From the human T2T-CHM13v2.0 reference genome, Homo sapiens: a DNA stretch of 64,000 bases. Shown here piece by piece: positions 17,605 through 40,638 of this stretch; the stretch's first letter is position 1; every line of letters begins with the position of its first letter. The DNA is taken from assembly GCF_009914755.1 (NCBI RefSeq), contig NC_060939.1; one strand, written 5' to 3'. Below the pieces are notes generated by a model, which saw only the letters and a list, made by a program, of their open reading frames with translations, was not told where the DNA came from and made no database searches. A program made the position numbers and the translations under genes.

Positions 17605-17693
17605 AAAAGAGACAAGATAAAAAGGAGCAAAAGAAAAAAGAATGGATCAACCAAGAACGTCAAACACTCCAACAGTTGAGAGCATTTAAAGAT
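17605..17693 (+). pseudogene. WHAMM-like exon 8 (frameshifted)
   Basis: atag|KRDKIK, small deletion, then EQKKKEWINQERQTLQQLRAFKD|gtaagt. Confidence 0.88.
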
Positions 17694-18455
17694 GTAAGTT
17701 TTATAAACAATCACCTCATCTACACTTCTGGGGAAATAAATGAAGACCGCTCTAAAGAGGAAAGTATTAAGAACAGGTCATTCAGAACATGTAACATTTA
17801 AAAAATAACATTATTTCTGGTATATCAATAAAAAGCAACAACAAAAATAGAATATCAGTGATTCAAAACCCATGATATAAAATAACTGCTGTTTTTGACA
17901 TCACAACACGCTTGGGTTCCTGCTCTGCACTCTTCACTGAGTAGTCCTTACTGGCACTGGTGGTTTAGATTGGCAGGGAAAACTGAAAACTGTTCAACTC
18001 CCTTGACTTTAGCTGGCATTTCCTCTCATTTGTAATAAACAATTCTTTAAAATGTTATCCAGGCAGCATTGTGATATAAGTGTAGTGAAAGTGCCCAGTT
18101 AAAAGTAAAATGTGTTGTTTTTTTTTTTGATATCTACAACTTTCTTTTTTCTTTTAAAGTATATACTTAAGAGGATGATGTTATTTTTTTATGCCCTCTG
18201 TTCCAGGCCTACATTTGTATTTCCTCCACAAAATGATCCTCAGTCTGTAATTTTTGTTCTATTTGACTTTATTATTAGAGATAAATTCCTTTAATTAAAA
18301 AAAAGCTACTATGAAGGTTGAAAAAATAATTTTTTGGTTTTTTTTAATTGACACATAATTGTACATATTTATGAGGTATAGTGTGATATTTTGAGGTGTA
18401 TAATATGGAATGATCAAATCAGGGTAATTAGCGTATCTATCACCTCAAACATTTA

Positions 18456-18731
<276 letters not shown>

Positions 18732-19176
18732 TTATGTCATTCTAAATAATTTTTTGTATGTTTCTATTTCCAAACGTTGTTTGGTAATATATAGAAATAT
18801 GATTGATTTTGTTTATTGAGTTTGCATATAACCACATTACTAAACTCGCATATTGAGAATTTTAATAGGTTATTTTGAATACTTTTACATAGACTGTTGT
18901 CTGAAAATAGAAACAGGTTTATTTCTTCCTTTCTGATGTGGATGTCACTGATTTTTTTCCCTACATTACTGATCTGGCTAGGACTATCAGTATAAAGTTG
19001 AATATAAGTGGTAAAAGAGCTGACTTCTTGCCTTGGACCCAGTTTTTAAATCAGTTGGAGAGTCACCATTAAGTGTAATTTAGTGGTAGTTTTGTTTGTT
19101 TTTTTTTTTGTTTGTTTTGTAGATGCCCTCTATCAGGATAAGTTCCCTTTTCTCATTTTGTTGAGAGTTTTTATAA

Positions 19177-19487
<311 letters not shown>

Positions 19488-19902
19488 GAATTTTGTCAAA
19501 TGCTTTTGCTGCATCTGCTGAAATGACACGTTTATTCTTCATCTACCTAATAATGTTGCAATTTATATCTGTTGAGCTTTGAATGTTGAACCAGCCTTGC
19601 ATTCATGGTATAAATCACTTGTTTGTAAAGTATTGTTTTTAAATATTGCCAGATTTGATATCTTAGTATTGTATTTTTATATTTGTCTTCATGTGTTTTT
19701 GTTTTCTCATAAGTGTCTGTACCCCCCTTTTTTTTTCTTTAAAGAGAAATAATGAGAGAGATTGTCTGTCTTGAAGTTCTCAGTGCCTGTGCATTGCTGC
19801 CACTACACAGCTAGTATCATGACAGCAGCTTCAGAACCAGAGCTGGCTTCCAGGCAAGGCTGGGTGGGGAAGAAAGAGAAAAACAAAAGAATTATTTCTC
19901 TA

Positions 19903-20401
19903 TGCCGAGACCAGCTCGGTCAGGGAGACCCTAACCTAGCGGTGCTAGAGGAATTAAAGACATAGACACAGAAATATAGAGGTGTGAAGTGGGAAATCAG
20001 GGGTCTCACAGCCTTCAGAGCTCAGCCACGAACAGAGATTTACCCACGTATTTATTAACAGCAAGCCAGTCATTAGCATTGTTTCTATAGATATTAAATT
20101 AACTAAACGTATCCCTTATGGGAAACGAAGGGAGGGGCCGAATTAAAGGAATAGGTTGGGCTAGTTAACTGCAGCAGGAGCATGTCCTTAAGGCACAGAT
20201 CGCTCATGCTATTGTTTGTGGCTTAAGAATGCCTTTAAGCGGTTTTCCACCCCGGGCAGGCCAGGTGTTCCTTGCCCTCATTCCAGTAAACCCACAACCT
20301 TCCAGCATGGGTGTTAGGGCCATTATGAACATGTTACAGTGCTGCAGAGATTTTATTTATGGCCAGTTTATGGCCAGATTTTGGGGGGCCTGCTCCCAAC
20401 A
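19903..20401 (-). mobile_element. MER9-type (HERV-K9/HML-3) solo LTR
   Basis: Minus strand begins TGTTGGGAGCAGGCCCCCCAAAATCTGGCCATAAACTGGCC and ends ...GGTCTCGGCA; TG...CA termini; 5-bp TSD CTCTA at 19898-19902 and 20402-20406. Confidence 0.85.
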
Positions 20402-20835
20402 CTCTACATATGCTCCATCTTGCAGAGGCTTCATTCTTGGTTCTCTAGCTAAAAACAGTAGAAATTTTGCACACCTGGGTTAGAAAAAAAAAATAGCCAT
20501 TAAACCCACCCCTGTTACAGGTCACTATTGGTATTTTGATTTTGCCTTCAATCCATCTGTTATTGTTTACTTTTAAGAGTCCTTGATAGTTGCTTTTTAT
20601 GTCCAGAGTTTTAATTTCAGTCAGAAAGAGAAATAGGCCTTGGTGAGCATGCTTTGTCTTGGCTGGTGCCAGAAGTCTGTACTCAAATATTTTTAAAATA
20701 ATTTTTAGTTGAATAACAAGTTAGACCTGTGTTTAGCTTTCTCATTGTTTTCCTAAAAATAGAAGAAAAGGTTTTAAATACTTTAACCACGAAATACTTT
20801 AAAGCAGGTTTAAAATAAACTCCTTCATTTTGCCT

Positions 20836-21203
20836 GTTCTATTACTCTGTTCTCACACTGCTAATAAAGACATACCCAAGACTGGTAATTTATAAAGTAA
20901 AGAGGTTTAATTGACTCACAGTTCCACATGGCTGGGGAGGCCTCCCAATCATGGCAGAAGGTGAATGAGGAGCAAAGTCACATCTTTGTGGCAGGCAAGA
21001 GAGAGAGCATGTGTGCAGGGGAATTCCCCTTTATAAAACCGTCCAATCTCATGAGACTTATGCACTCTCATGGGAGCAGCATGAGAAAGACTCACCTCCG
21101 TGATTCAGTTACCTCCCACTGTGTCCCTGCCACAACATGTGGGAATTGTGGGAGCTAAAAATCAAGATGAGATTTGGGTAGGAACACAGTCAAACCATAT
21201 CTC
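20836..21203. mobile_element. MaLR LTR (THE1/MST family)
   Basis: ctgctaataaagacatacccaagactgg...gaggtttaattgactcacagttccacatggctggggaggcctc...gatgagatttgggt. Confidence 0.85.
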
Positions 21204-21809
21204 CTGTATACATTCACACTAGCATTTTAGTTTTAGAACTAGTTCTATGTTACTATCTGAATTAATTTTTCCACAATTTTGTAAGGAAAAATAATGCGTT
21301 CTTTGAATTTCATGTGTAAATGATATTTTTAGTTTTGTGTCATTTTGTCCAATAAATTCTGAAAATCTTTGTATTGACAGTGTGTTATCTCTGCATAACC
21401 ATATATGTATAAGAGCGCTCAATAAAAAGAATAAAGAGGAAAAAGCACTGGATCTATACCTATACAAAACAAGCTACCAGCAGAGCCCACTGGGAGTGGT
21501 CATGATATAATCAGGAATGTTATATTCACACGTTGTAGATCTGCATATGAGAGGAGGGTTTGCAGATAGCAGATTCTAGAAAAGTTGTCTAATCAGACAG
21601 TAAATGAAGGTGTTGAAGCACTGAACAAAAATAAGTTGCTTTAATTACTCATAAGAGGGAAGTACAAGTCATTATTCCATCTGCCAATTTACAGACTGTA
21701 AGATACCCTTTAAAAGTAGCAGTAAGTAAACTCTTCATAAAAGTTAGACTGTATGACAAATCCACTGCCTTTCTTCTTTTGCAGCAGGGCCTTTCTTTTT
21801 AATTACTAT

Positions 21810-22085
21810 TTTTTGTTTTTGGAGATGAAGTCTCTGTCACCCAGGCTGGAGTTCAGTGGCCTGATTGATCACTGCAGCCTCGACCTCCAGCTCACATAAT
21901 CCTCCTGCTTCAGCCTCCTGAGTAGCTGGGACTACGGGTGTGTGCCACCATGCCTGGCTTTTTTAAAAAAAAATTTTGTGGAGTTGGTGTCTCGCTATGT
22001 TGCCCAAGCTGATGTCAAACTTCTGGATTCAAGCACTTCTGCCCAAAGTGCTAGGATTATAGGTGTGAGCCACTGTGCCCAAGCT
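21810..22085 (-). mobile_element. AluJ-like
   Basis: Diverged dimer. Confidence 0.75.
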
Positions 22086-24364
22086 AGTGACTATTTTTGA
22101 AAAAAAAAGCACATTACCCTCCCTTGTTAATCACTTATGTACAAAAATGCATGTTTTGCTGTTGATCTGTTTTAACTCTTTCTACATAAATAACACATTT
22201 GTACATGTATATGTGCAGATATATTTATAATGTTAAAATTGTGTTTAAGTGATGTTTACTAAACAGGATAAAATTTTGTTTGGAAAATTGCGATGTGAAA
22301 TTTTATCTAGTTAATCTATAGTCCTTTCCCTTATGGTGTCCAGCTCTATGCAGGCTCTGCCTCACTCCAGATTATGTAAATATCAATTCATATTCAAATG
22401 AATTTGAAATTTAGCTTTCAACATTTGCCTTTTTAATTCATCTTGAAATCATTGTGGTAATATTATTTCCTGTCCACTAGCATACTTTTTAATCCCAACA
22501 GTAAAGTTTCTGAAAAGACCACTAGTTCTTCTATTGAGCAGTTACTGATACCTTGCCATTGAAGGGGAGGATAGATGCCCACAGCCCCTCTCCTTCAACC
22601 ACATATGTCCAAGTAAAACTAGTATTTCTTCTTTTTAAAAAGATAGACATAATTATTTTCCGTATTATTGAATACATTTCTGTTGTAACCTCAGTTCTAC
22701 TCTTCAGAATCCTTTGTTCGATTTTCTTGTAGTTGATTTGATGATCCCACTCACACTTTCCTACCAGTTGTTCCAGAGACGATGGGCTTAGTCACACAGT
22801 GGGGAGACACGTTTGTGGGGGTTGGGTGGAAGTTCTGGTTCAGGTCTGCATCTGTTCACCATCATTTATGATGATGCTGTAACTCACATCTGCTCTTTGA
22901 TGAGAAGTCACACAAGTAATTGCTAAATTAACCCGTCAAATCTAACTATCATTCAGCTATGTCTCACTGAGCCTTTTCTGGACAAATCGTGTTGTTCTCA
23001 AGAATGTTTATGTGACTTTATCCTTTGTGCAAAGGCTATAGGCAACGGAAGCGATAGGGGAAGTATGTGGAAGGTTGACCCACATAGCTGTTGCCATATG
23101 CAACTTTTCAATCTTCTTGAATTCTGCTTCTCTTCCCAGTTCTTATCATCCATAGTGATTTTTGGAAAAACTGCCACTACATTGGCATTGTGAGTACTCA
23201 GAGTGGTGTGTCTCTTCTCCTTAGCTAGACTGTCAGGACAATTCTATTCGCTTTCAGACTTCCAAATGTCATCACATCTTATTCGTGCCTGACCTCCTTT
23301 TCTCTCATTCGCAAGATATTCATGGCTCCTTTTAAATAGGATAGTGGCCAAATGGAAAGTGTGTTATTTTCTGAAAAAATTGCTGAAAGGTCAGGAAAGT
23401 GGCAAATGTATTTGCTTATAAAATTTTTAAGGAAAAAATTAAGGTTGAAATGAAAGTAAGGATATTTTCATCCAATTACCTCATTCAATTATCATAATCA
23501 AGGTCAGAGAAGAAAGAAACTTCAGTTCAGCCTTTGCTAGAAGTAACTTGCAACAAATCACACATCTACGGACTCTGACATTCGCCCAGTGATAGCAGCA
23601 ATGTTCCACATGTCACATGCTATACTGAAATATAGCAATTAAAATAGTTTTCAATGCAGATCAAGCAGTAATTACTTTTGCCCAGAAATCTTAAAAAATA
23701 AATTGTATGTGGAGAACAGGAAGCTTAGGAAATGAGGGTGCCTTTTATCTTTGCAGTGACAATTTACCTTGCGCTCGCAGTGACATTTTCTAGATTTTAA
23801 AAATCAACGTTTTTTATTTTTATTTATTTATTTATTTATTTAAATCTGCTGGCCCTTTTGCTTTTAGCAGCCACAGACTTCTTGGCCTCTCAAATGCCCG
23901 GATGCCTGAAACTTCTGAAGAGATACCGCCTTCAACTTCTCAGTCACAGCACGGTGTGAACACATAGCTCCAATGCCTCTGCTTGCTTCAGCCTGCTGGT
24001 GCTTAATTAGGTGCTTATCCTAACACATTAGAACATACTTTCTGTAGATGGTTTAATTCCAACCATCATATATGCTTTTTCTCAGATTTTCTCCAGCTTC
24101 TCAAAACTTCCCTGTAAATGAGGCCTTGTAGGCAGCTTTCTTGCTATGACCTCACCTTCCATTCAGCACAGAAACAGCATCCATTGCTGTTATGCAATGG
24201 ATAAAATTGTATAACAAAGGTTATGGTTTCATATCTTTAATGTTACTGGCAGACTTTACTCCTGGCCTTCTCCTAATCAATAGGCCAGTCTTCCCCTCCC
24301 CAATCCCCCATTTTTAGCCATCTAATCTTATTCCTTACATTCGTTCTTACAAAGGCAAAAACCT

Positions 24365-25152
<788 letters not shown>

Positions 25153-25879
25153 AAGAAGTTATTGATACAAATATTTGCAAAAATAAAAAGTTATTTGATA
25201 CCCACAAACAATTCCAAAGTATGTCCATGTGCTAATTTGTAAATAGGAAGGAAGTTCTTATTTTGAAACTTGCAGCCTGGAAAATATTTATAAGGTTGTT
25301 ATGACATTGATAACTGGAGTACTTCCTATATCAACTTACTGGAATTTTGGAGACTGACTTTAAAATATAATAAAAAGGGAAAGACAGGGAATTGAACTTC
25401 CTTCTCATGTTTTTTACAAATTTTACAGGGAGCCAGAGTCTCATTTATGTAATCACAGATTTATTTTACAAGTTTGGACTTGCAAAAATACGCCAAAATT
25501 TGAATGTCTTACCCATTTTTTTGGGAAGCAGCTAAAATATGTAATGCACTGACCTTTTAATGTTCACTTTGATTGGTTAATGGTTACACCTTTACAGCTC
25601 AGTCAGATTGTAAACAAGGGGACAAAACTGAATATATAAGGTCAGAGAAGTATACTGACAACATTTATGAACCCCTATACATTTCCTATGAATAAAAAAT
25701 GATTAAAATTCATACGTTTGCTTTTTAAATATATACATAAGAAACATCAAAAATTAATTCAAAGCATATATTAGCAAATATATTCTTAATTTTGTCTTGA
25801 ATAACCTTCTTTAGGTGTGCCTTTTTCTACAAAGTTATGTCTTCATTAAACATTTTTCAAATTATTAGTATTATTATTT

Positions 25880-27186
<1,307 letters not shown>

Positions 27187-28069
27187 TTGAGTTTGCATAT
27201 AGTTACAGTAGTACTGAAAAATCCTCGCAATTTAGGTTTTTGTTTTCAGTTTTGTTTCTCTGTTTTCTAGTGCATAATGACTTAATAAATATTCATTTAA
27301 CAAAAATTGAAATCTCAAAGGTACATATAAATAAACAATATAAATAACCATCCTTATTACAGTTAACTTTGTGCTTTAAAAAAAAAAGGCATCCAAAGAA
27401 AGACAGACGTATTCATGCAATAAAATCTTAGCAATCCCTGCAATAGTTTTCCAGAATTATCAGCCCTCCCATCTTAGTCTGGACAGAATGAAAAAAAAAT
27501 TAGTTCTCTCGTGTTATTCTTTGAGCTCCAACTAGGAAAAATTACTGAAAACAGCTGGACGTTACAACTGTTTTGGGCAGAGAAGTCACACTGTTCAGGA
27601 GGACCCCACGGTAGAAACTGTTTTAAAAAAGTTCTTTTTACTTGAAATTACACAAGAAAGCAGAAAATGACATTGCAAAAAGGAAAAAAGTATAGGCAGG
27701 AACATTGTTACAGAAGCCAGGTGACAATGAGAAGTAGAGAGTAGAAAGCAATCAACCCTTTTGACCACTGAGAATGAGGATAGTAGAAATTCAATGGCTC
27801 ATGGATAGCAACAGTCACTCACATGTCAATAACAGGGATTCTGAAGAGTCAGACTTATGCATACACAGAGCATCTCTACCACATGCATGAATTATGTGTG
27901 AGTTTGGTGATAATGAAGAGAGACAAACTGCTGCATCAACTAATATACTCTGGGAGTGAAGAGCAGGATAAAAAAAAAACTGTAGAGACCACTACTCTAG
28001 GTCATTTAAGTATTTTAAGGGGAAAAAAATAACATAATAGAAGAAAGTGATAACTATCTGGAGTGGTGG

Positions 28070-28600
28070 GATGGGTGGCTTCTGACACAGCTCCCATGTT
28101 TCTGATTCCACCTCCCGATATCTTGTATTATCTCCCCTTCTTGAGTATGAGCTGGACCTGGTGCCTTGCTGCTAAGAAACAGAATTCAACAAAAGTAATG
28201 CGGTGTTACTTCCTTGGTTAGCTAACAAGGAACTATGTCTTGCCCCTTGCTAGCCACCCCCAACTCTTGCTGGCATTTCCTCTTGCCCTCTCGCTTGCTT
28301 GCTTTGATAAAGAGAGTTGCCATGTTGTGTGATGCTTTGTGGAGAGACCCACGTGACAAGGAACCAAGGGAGTTTACAGCACAACACCTGGCACAAAACT
28401 AAAGCCAACAACTATGTGAGTGAGTCTGCAAATAAATCATTCCCTGTCCAGCCTTAAGATGACTGCAGACTTTTAAAAGAGTGAGAGTCAGAGGCCACAG
28501 CTAATCCACATGTGGATTCCCACCAACAAAAATTGAAATAATGTGTGTTTTAAAATGCTAAGTTTGGGGGTGATATGTTACATATAAATAGATAAATAAT
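28070..28600. mobile_element. Old MaLR LTR (MLT1-like)
   Basis: ccccttcttgagtatgagctggacc...gccatgttgtg...ccagccttaagatgactgcag...ctaagtttggggg. Confidence 0.6.
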
Positions 28601-29384
28601 AAAGATGGTTTGGCATGGAGATAATGACAGAAAGGAATTCGACTATTTTAATAGTCCAATGAAGAGGTATGAAAGATCTGAATTTGGATGGTAGCAGTGT
28701 GAATGATGTAAAAGAATGTGAGATTCTATAAGGTAAGATTTTATAGGACCTACCAATAATAGGGGTGAGAGGAGGATAGAGAGATGGGAGAGAGAAAGGG
28801 AGGGGGAAAGAGAGAAAAGGAGAGGGAGAAGTGGTAAATGAACAAGATTTTTAGTTCAAGTCAGTAGGAAAACCACTGGCAGAGTTGTTTTATTTAAGCA
28901 TTAACAATTACTTTCCGAGCAACTGTGATGTGTAAGACATTATGTTATCTGTACTAGACACTGAGATGAACCCTCAAAATGGTGACGCCCTCAAAATGGT
29001 ATAGTGCAAAGTAGAATGTTGTGAAATTTTTCCTAATGGAGAAATTCATCCAATTAGCATTTGAGGAAAGGTATATGTGAGTTGGACTTTGGATAGTAAC
29101 ATACAGAGATTAGCATTAGAAAGGAAGCAAAATATTTCATTAGACATATAAAGAAGTCAATAGTTTATTTTCACTAGATTGCAAGCATATGAAAAAGACA
29201 ACGGGAAAATGTGTCTCAATGTCAGCCTAAATTTAACATCTTATTCTGTAGTGAAATCACAGGACAAGTAAATAGATGTCTTGCACTTAGGACAAATTAT
29301 TTAAGTTTGTTGAAGAAATGAGATGATTGATTTTATTTTTAAGTAATAAGTAATGTGAGAAAATCTGCAATCAGTAAGATTTAT

Positions 29385-29585
29385 GTAGATCCAGGCTCAA
29401 CAAACTACTGCCGATGGGCCAAATCTAGTCTGCAGCTCATTCATGTAAACAAAGTTTCATTGGAATATAGCCGTCCTCATTCATTACGTAATGTCTATGG
29501 CTTTGACAGAGACTGTGCCACCTGCAAAGTCAAAAATATTTACTATCTGTCCCTGGACAGGAAACGCTTCTCAATCCCTGGTCTA
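29385..29585. mobile_element. MER58-like DNA transposon
   Basis: caaactactgcc.atgggccaaatct...aaagtttcattggaa...aaaatatttactatctg. Confidence 0.65.
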
Positions 29586-31485
29586 CATCATAAAATGGAT
29601 TTGAGTAGAGAGAAAGAAAAAAAACTCATTAAAACATATGGGGTGTTACTGCCTTAAACAAGTAGTATACTAACAATAGAAATGGAAAGGAAAAGTTGGA
29701 GTGTGCATGTGGGTATGCATCTGTGTGCATTTGTGTGTATGTGATGAAAACTGTTTAAATGCAGGGTACAATATAGAAGAGGAGGCCATCGTGGTGCTTA
29801 GATGGCTCTGAATTGACAGTCTCCTCCGTTAATATTTAAGTGCAATTTTGGAGAAATAAGTCTTTCCACTCAACTCTTAAGTGGTTTAATCAACTGGCCA
29901 TAATTTTTTCCTAATGGTTAGAAAGGATAAGTTACTCAGAAGGAAAAGTAGTATTGATTGAGAAAGAATTATAATGGAAGGGGGGGGTGATTGCATACTT
30001 CTAGGAAAGCTGGAGGGAACAGCTAAAAAACAGTATGATACTGAACACTTGGATGAAAGCATGAGTGAAAGCAGGTGAGAGCAGCCCTAAAAGGAAGCCA
30101 GTTTGCACCAAAAGTAAACACTGGTTTTCATGCTGCCTCTTGTATATATGTATCAAAAGATACTGGTACTTAATGTATAAATTAGAATATTAACTTTTAA
30201 AATATGAATTGAACTTATATGGGGTTTAAAAAAATCAATTATTTAAAAACATCACCAGGTTCCTTTTGTTGTTTAAATTCTCTCCTGATAGAACTAAATA
30301 GGGGTCTCTTAAACAGGGTTCAAGAAGCAGAAACATACATAATGGTACTCAGGATTCAATGCATTAAAGATTAATATTCCTTGAATTAGAAGAGCCGAAC
30401 TAAGCATCCAAACACCAGATATAGGTCTAGAATAGCAGATACATCTAAGTAGGTTTCAACTGTCTAAGGGCACATGCCTGGTGCAGGGACATGAACAAAT
30501 TGTGAGTAAACAGGGATAAAAGCCCTATGAGGGATGTTTAACATTGAAATGTATAAAGTTTTTATTTAATCACAAAGTTTTCTATATTGGCTAAAATTTT
30601 ATAATGATAATGAATTATTCATGTGAAAATTAAAAACTGTTTTTTTGTATTTTTAAAGAAAAAAGCACAAATACACCCATAGAACACTGTGAAATATTAT
30701 CTTTCACAATGTACACCAGGCCAGGAAATTATTGGGCTAATTTGAGTCTTCAACAAAATTTTACTTTGTGAAGAAATAAGACAATGCTGGAGGGACCAAG
30801 GTTTTCATTTGCCTGTGCTCCTTCTGATGCCATCTTTACTCTCCAGGTGAAAGGATGTTTCTGAGATCAATATTCCTCTCCTTTGATAGTTACCTTCTTT
30901 TAAAACCTACTGAACACTGACTTACTCAGCTCTTCTCTATTCTTCCCCGTTTCCTCTGGGTCCTTTGATAATAGATGCTGGTATCCCTGTCTGTCATTCA
31001 CTCCTATATGGTTCTCAGGATTTGTTTGCTGTTCCTCCCTCTGTTAACCTGAACCTTACGGGCCAAAGTAAATTACTCTCCCAGCACCTTTTATACAGAG
31101 TGGTCCATAGTAGTTTTCCTGACACCTATGTTATTACACATTTCTCTCCAAGAACATCTCTAAAGCTTTATGATTTATACATTTGAGTTACCTTAGACCA
31201 ATTGACCTAAACACAAGATATGCTGTCACATTTTAAGCTGCTTCCTCAGAATATGTTGGTTGAAATCTACTGCCTCTCCCTTGTCCAGGGTTTCTAAATA
31301 CCCGTAGGGTAGCTTCTCAATAATATATATTACTAATAGCTCAGAATGATTATTATACTAACAAGAACTTTTTACTTTCATTACTGTGTCAGAGGACTCG
31401 GAATATCATTAGCAAAACCTGTTTAGAACAGCCATCTTAAATCCTTGTTGAACCAATTCCAGCATGCTTTTAATTTAAGTAATCC

Positions 31486-31909
<424 letters not shown>

Positions 31910-32599
31910 TTATAAATATTGAGATGCTTTGGGAAAAATATTGAAGAAAGGCCATTTGATTAGGCATAAAGCACTTAAAGTGAATGACAAGAAAGTTGCA
32001 TAGGTCAAAATAGGTCCACAAAAATGTATAGATTAATGAACCTTCCAATGTGAACTGACTGTTTCTCTGAGTGTCTTTTATAATTATGGGTGAAGGCTGA
32101 GGATTGGGCCTGGCCCAGATATGGATTAGGGGTAAAATAAGCAGTGGCACACAAAAGATATTTTCCCTGAGGCATATTGACTGAATTATTGTGATATATG
32201 CAAGAATGAGGAGTTATTCCAGAAGATTTCAAGAGACAGAATAAAATCTTCAAGAGTATCACAGCAAATGGGAGACAAACTCATTGCAAAGAAGAGAGCC
32301 TGCCCCAAAAGCATGGCCAACTCCCTTGTTCAACACATTTCTAAGATTTTGAAGCTGAATAGGGTGAAATGCTAAAGAGCTAAGCCCAATACCCCTGAAA
32401 TTAAAATTTAATCTCCAACAACATTTTTTGAGACTAATGAGAAGTAGTTCCAACCAGCTCTCAATCAAAAGCTCAAAAGGAACAAACTTCAGAAACAGAG
32501 ATAAGCCAAAGATGCCAGTCTTACTGAAACTAAAACTGAATCCTGACTGCTCCAATATCTGATTGTATTGGTAATGACTTTCTCCCAACACTATCTGCT

Positions 32600-36060
<3,461 letters not shown>

Positions 36061-36079
36061 AGTCTATAACAATGTATTC

Positions 36080-36545
36080 ATTTGTAGGAGCTGCTCTCCA
36101 AGGTACCACAAACCGGGTGGCTTAAAACAACTCACATTTATTGTGTCACGGTTTGGGAAGCTAGAAGTCTGAAAACAAGATGTAGTCAAGGTAGTTTCCT
36201 CCAGAAGGATATGAGGGAGGCTGTCTGTGTCTCTTGCATCTCTCCCAGGATCTGGTGGTTTGTTGGAAATCACTGGTGTTTCTGAGTTTACAGATGTGTC
36301 AGCCCAGTCTTCCATATAGTGTCTGCATATAGTCTTCCCTCTGTGCATGTTCCCCTTGTGTTCAATTTTCCCCTTTTTATAAGAACACTAGTAATATTGG
36401 ATTAGTACCCACCCTAATGACCCCATTTTAACTAGACAACCTCTGTAAAGACTCTGTTTCTATATAAGGTCACATTCTAAAGTATTGGGGGTTAGGGCAT
36501 TAGCATATATTTTCGGGAAAAACACAGTTCAACCCATAACAACAT
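36080..36545. mobile_element. MaLR LTR (MLT1-like)
   Basis: gggtggcttaaaacaac...ttttataagaacactagt..attggattag...ttcaacccataaca. Confidence 0.75.
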
Positions 36546-36916
36546 ATAATTCCATTTTTAAAATCCCAAAATTACATCTAGCCTAAAAAGGAATGAAATT
36601 GAAATAAAGATCGCAGAGGCCTGCAGTAAGCCTTGATGATGTAATACCTGTTTATAAACCAAATGTTAGAATGGCTTGAAACAGAATTGAACATTTTTGC
36701 GCTATAAGACACATAGGAGAAATTTTAAGTACTTTTTTTGGATGAGACATTAGTCTCAACAAGACTGAATGATTTTCTTTTAAGGTCACACATTTAAATA
36801 GTTAACAGGAGAAATAGCGACCAGAATCATAGTCAAATACCCACCTACCCCCTTTCCAAGACAACTAAGGTCTCAAATTGTGCCCATTTTTCTCAAATTA
36901 TTTCTAGAATGTTTAG

Positions 36917-37481
<565 letters not shown>

Positions 37482-38217
37482 TTTTATTTTTAATAGAGCA
37501 TTGGAAAATGAATTCTGCATAGCTGGCTAATGAAGGAAATCCAGAGTCATTGCCAAAACCAAGTTTTAAAGGAATTTGCAATCCTTCACAGTTCATTCAA
37601 GGAGGCAATGGAAATTTTGAAGAAGAAATTTTTTAAAATCTTTCTTAAAAGGAGCCCTTACATTGGCATTGTATCATGACTAAAGTCTTGCTCCCTCCCT
37701 CTCTCCCTTCTATGCTTTTTGTTTCTCTTTTCTATCTTTCAATGACATCAGTTTCATGGAGATAAATGGTTAAAAGATAATGATTACAACACATACAGTT
37801 GAGTGACACAAATCTTGTTGTAGTGTTAGAAATACATCAATACATTGGGATCATAAAGAGAAATGGCAAGAAAAAAAATCTAAGTTAATAACAGAAAATG
37901 CTGATTCCCACAGTCCGTGTGGAAAATACACGTTTTTTTTTATGTCAGTGGAGATAACTGAGACCAGTTAATATTGTCAATTCTGTTCCTTCTGACTGAG
38001 CCAGGTGAGGCAAAATTTAGCAGATGACTTGAGGGACAAAACTATGACCTTGGCAACATAAAAATTAATACTGTCTACATTGTTTACTAGGAAATGCATG
38101 CAAAATTAATACACTCTTGGTAGTACAGGTTGGTTTCACTTCTATAGTGTGTGGTTACTAGAAAGCTGATTCAACAGATGATAGATTCAACAGACGACAT
38201 AGAATTGTCTAAAATCC

Positions 38218-38528
<311 letters not shown>

Positions 38529-39126
38529 TCATCTTCAATTAGTCCATGGCATGTTTTGGAATTTATTCACTTGTTTGCCTCAGGAACAGTAGCCGTTCAG
38601 ATTTGTTCTTTGATTTTGGAAATGAGGTTACCGTGCTCTGTAGTGTCAGGAAGATGACGTGGCATAATCAGGCAAACGGCTAGGCATTTTCTCAGCAGTA
38701 AATTACCAGTGCCCTTGCTTGCCATAATACCCACAAAAGGCAGAGGCAGTTTCCTGAGGCAATCCAGGCCACAAAGAACTGTACATTTGGGGAAAACGTA
38801 TCTTCAAATATATATGTTAAAATCTAAAAAATTGGTTAGTATGTATTACTTTTGTGGATATTTAAACATTCCCTATGCATAAAGACCTAGTTAAAGAGGT
38901 GCAGGCATTTGGCATGTTAAATAACTCCTTGATGAGAAACCACACTACGAATAATAAATATGACTTCATAAAAATGAAAAATAATGAGATTAGTTTCTAT
39001 TGAACTATTCTTGCTTAGAATGCCCCTGAATTTCAGTCATAGAAATTCACTTGTACCTGGGTAAGTTACAAGTTCTTATTTGTGCTGGTTTCTGTGTCAT
39101 TGGCAATTAAAATTTTGGTAAGTTGA

Positions 39127-39457
<331 letters not shown>

Positions 39458-40324
39458 AAAAGGGAGTTCTTACACTGGCAATGTATCATGATTAACGTTT
39501 TCCTCCCTCTTTCTCTCCCTCCCACATATGTATTTTCGTGTCAGTATATGTATATGTGATTTGTGCCATTTGTGTGTGTGTAGGTAAATGAAAGTGGCAT
39601 CAAGAAAATCTCACATTAAAAAAATTTGAGATAGTACAATTCTTATGCATCATATGTTGCATAATGTTTGACTATTAAGAAGTTTGCATCACACGTCTAC
39701 TTATTTCATTAAACATGTTACAGGCAATTAATTTACTTACACCCTCCGTTTCTTTTTTCCCCCTCTCTGGGTCTCCTGCTACAGGGTCATTATATGTTCC
39801 ACTCACAAAATGTCCTTGTTTTTCCCTTACTCCTGTCATTGATCTTCTGAATCTTTCCGGTGAATTTAGCATGGATGTTTTGATAGAAAGCTCTGGCATT
39901 AACTCTGGAGTTGTTTTGCAAGGAAGATTGTTCGCTTTTTCACCATTTTTTTTTTTAGGTCCTTGAAGTGTTTTCACATAGATATTTCACAAGAGCCATT
40001 TCAGAACTGAGAACATTCGGCGTGCACTTTTCCTCTTTTGGTCCCACAGTTTTTATGAGTCCTACTTGAAATTATGTTTGCTCCCGTTTCAATTGTAATA
40101 TTGCACTTACTCATTAGTTTTTAGTTTGAACTCTCCTGGGAGGTCTAATGTAGAGTTTGGACAAGGACACAGATTCATAATAAACCTACCCAGTCAATTT
40201 GGTATAAAGGCTTAGAAGGTGGAACTGGCCACATTTTGAATTGGAGGTAAGGATCAGGAATGGTAATGGAGAGACATACAGGATTTTCTTATGGGAACAA
40301 GAAACAACCTCTGGGCAGTATTAG

Positions 40325-40638
<314 letters not shown>
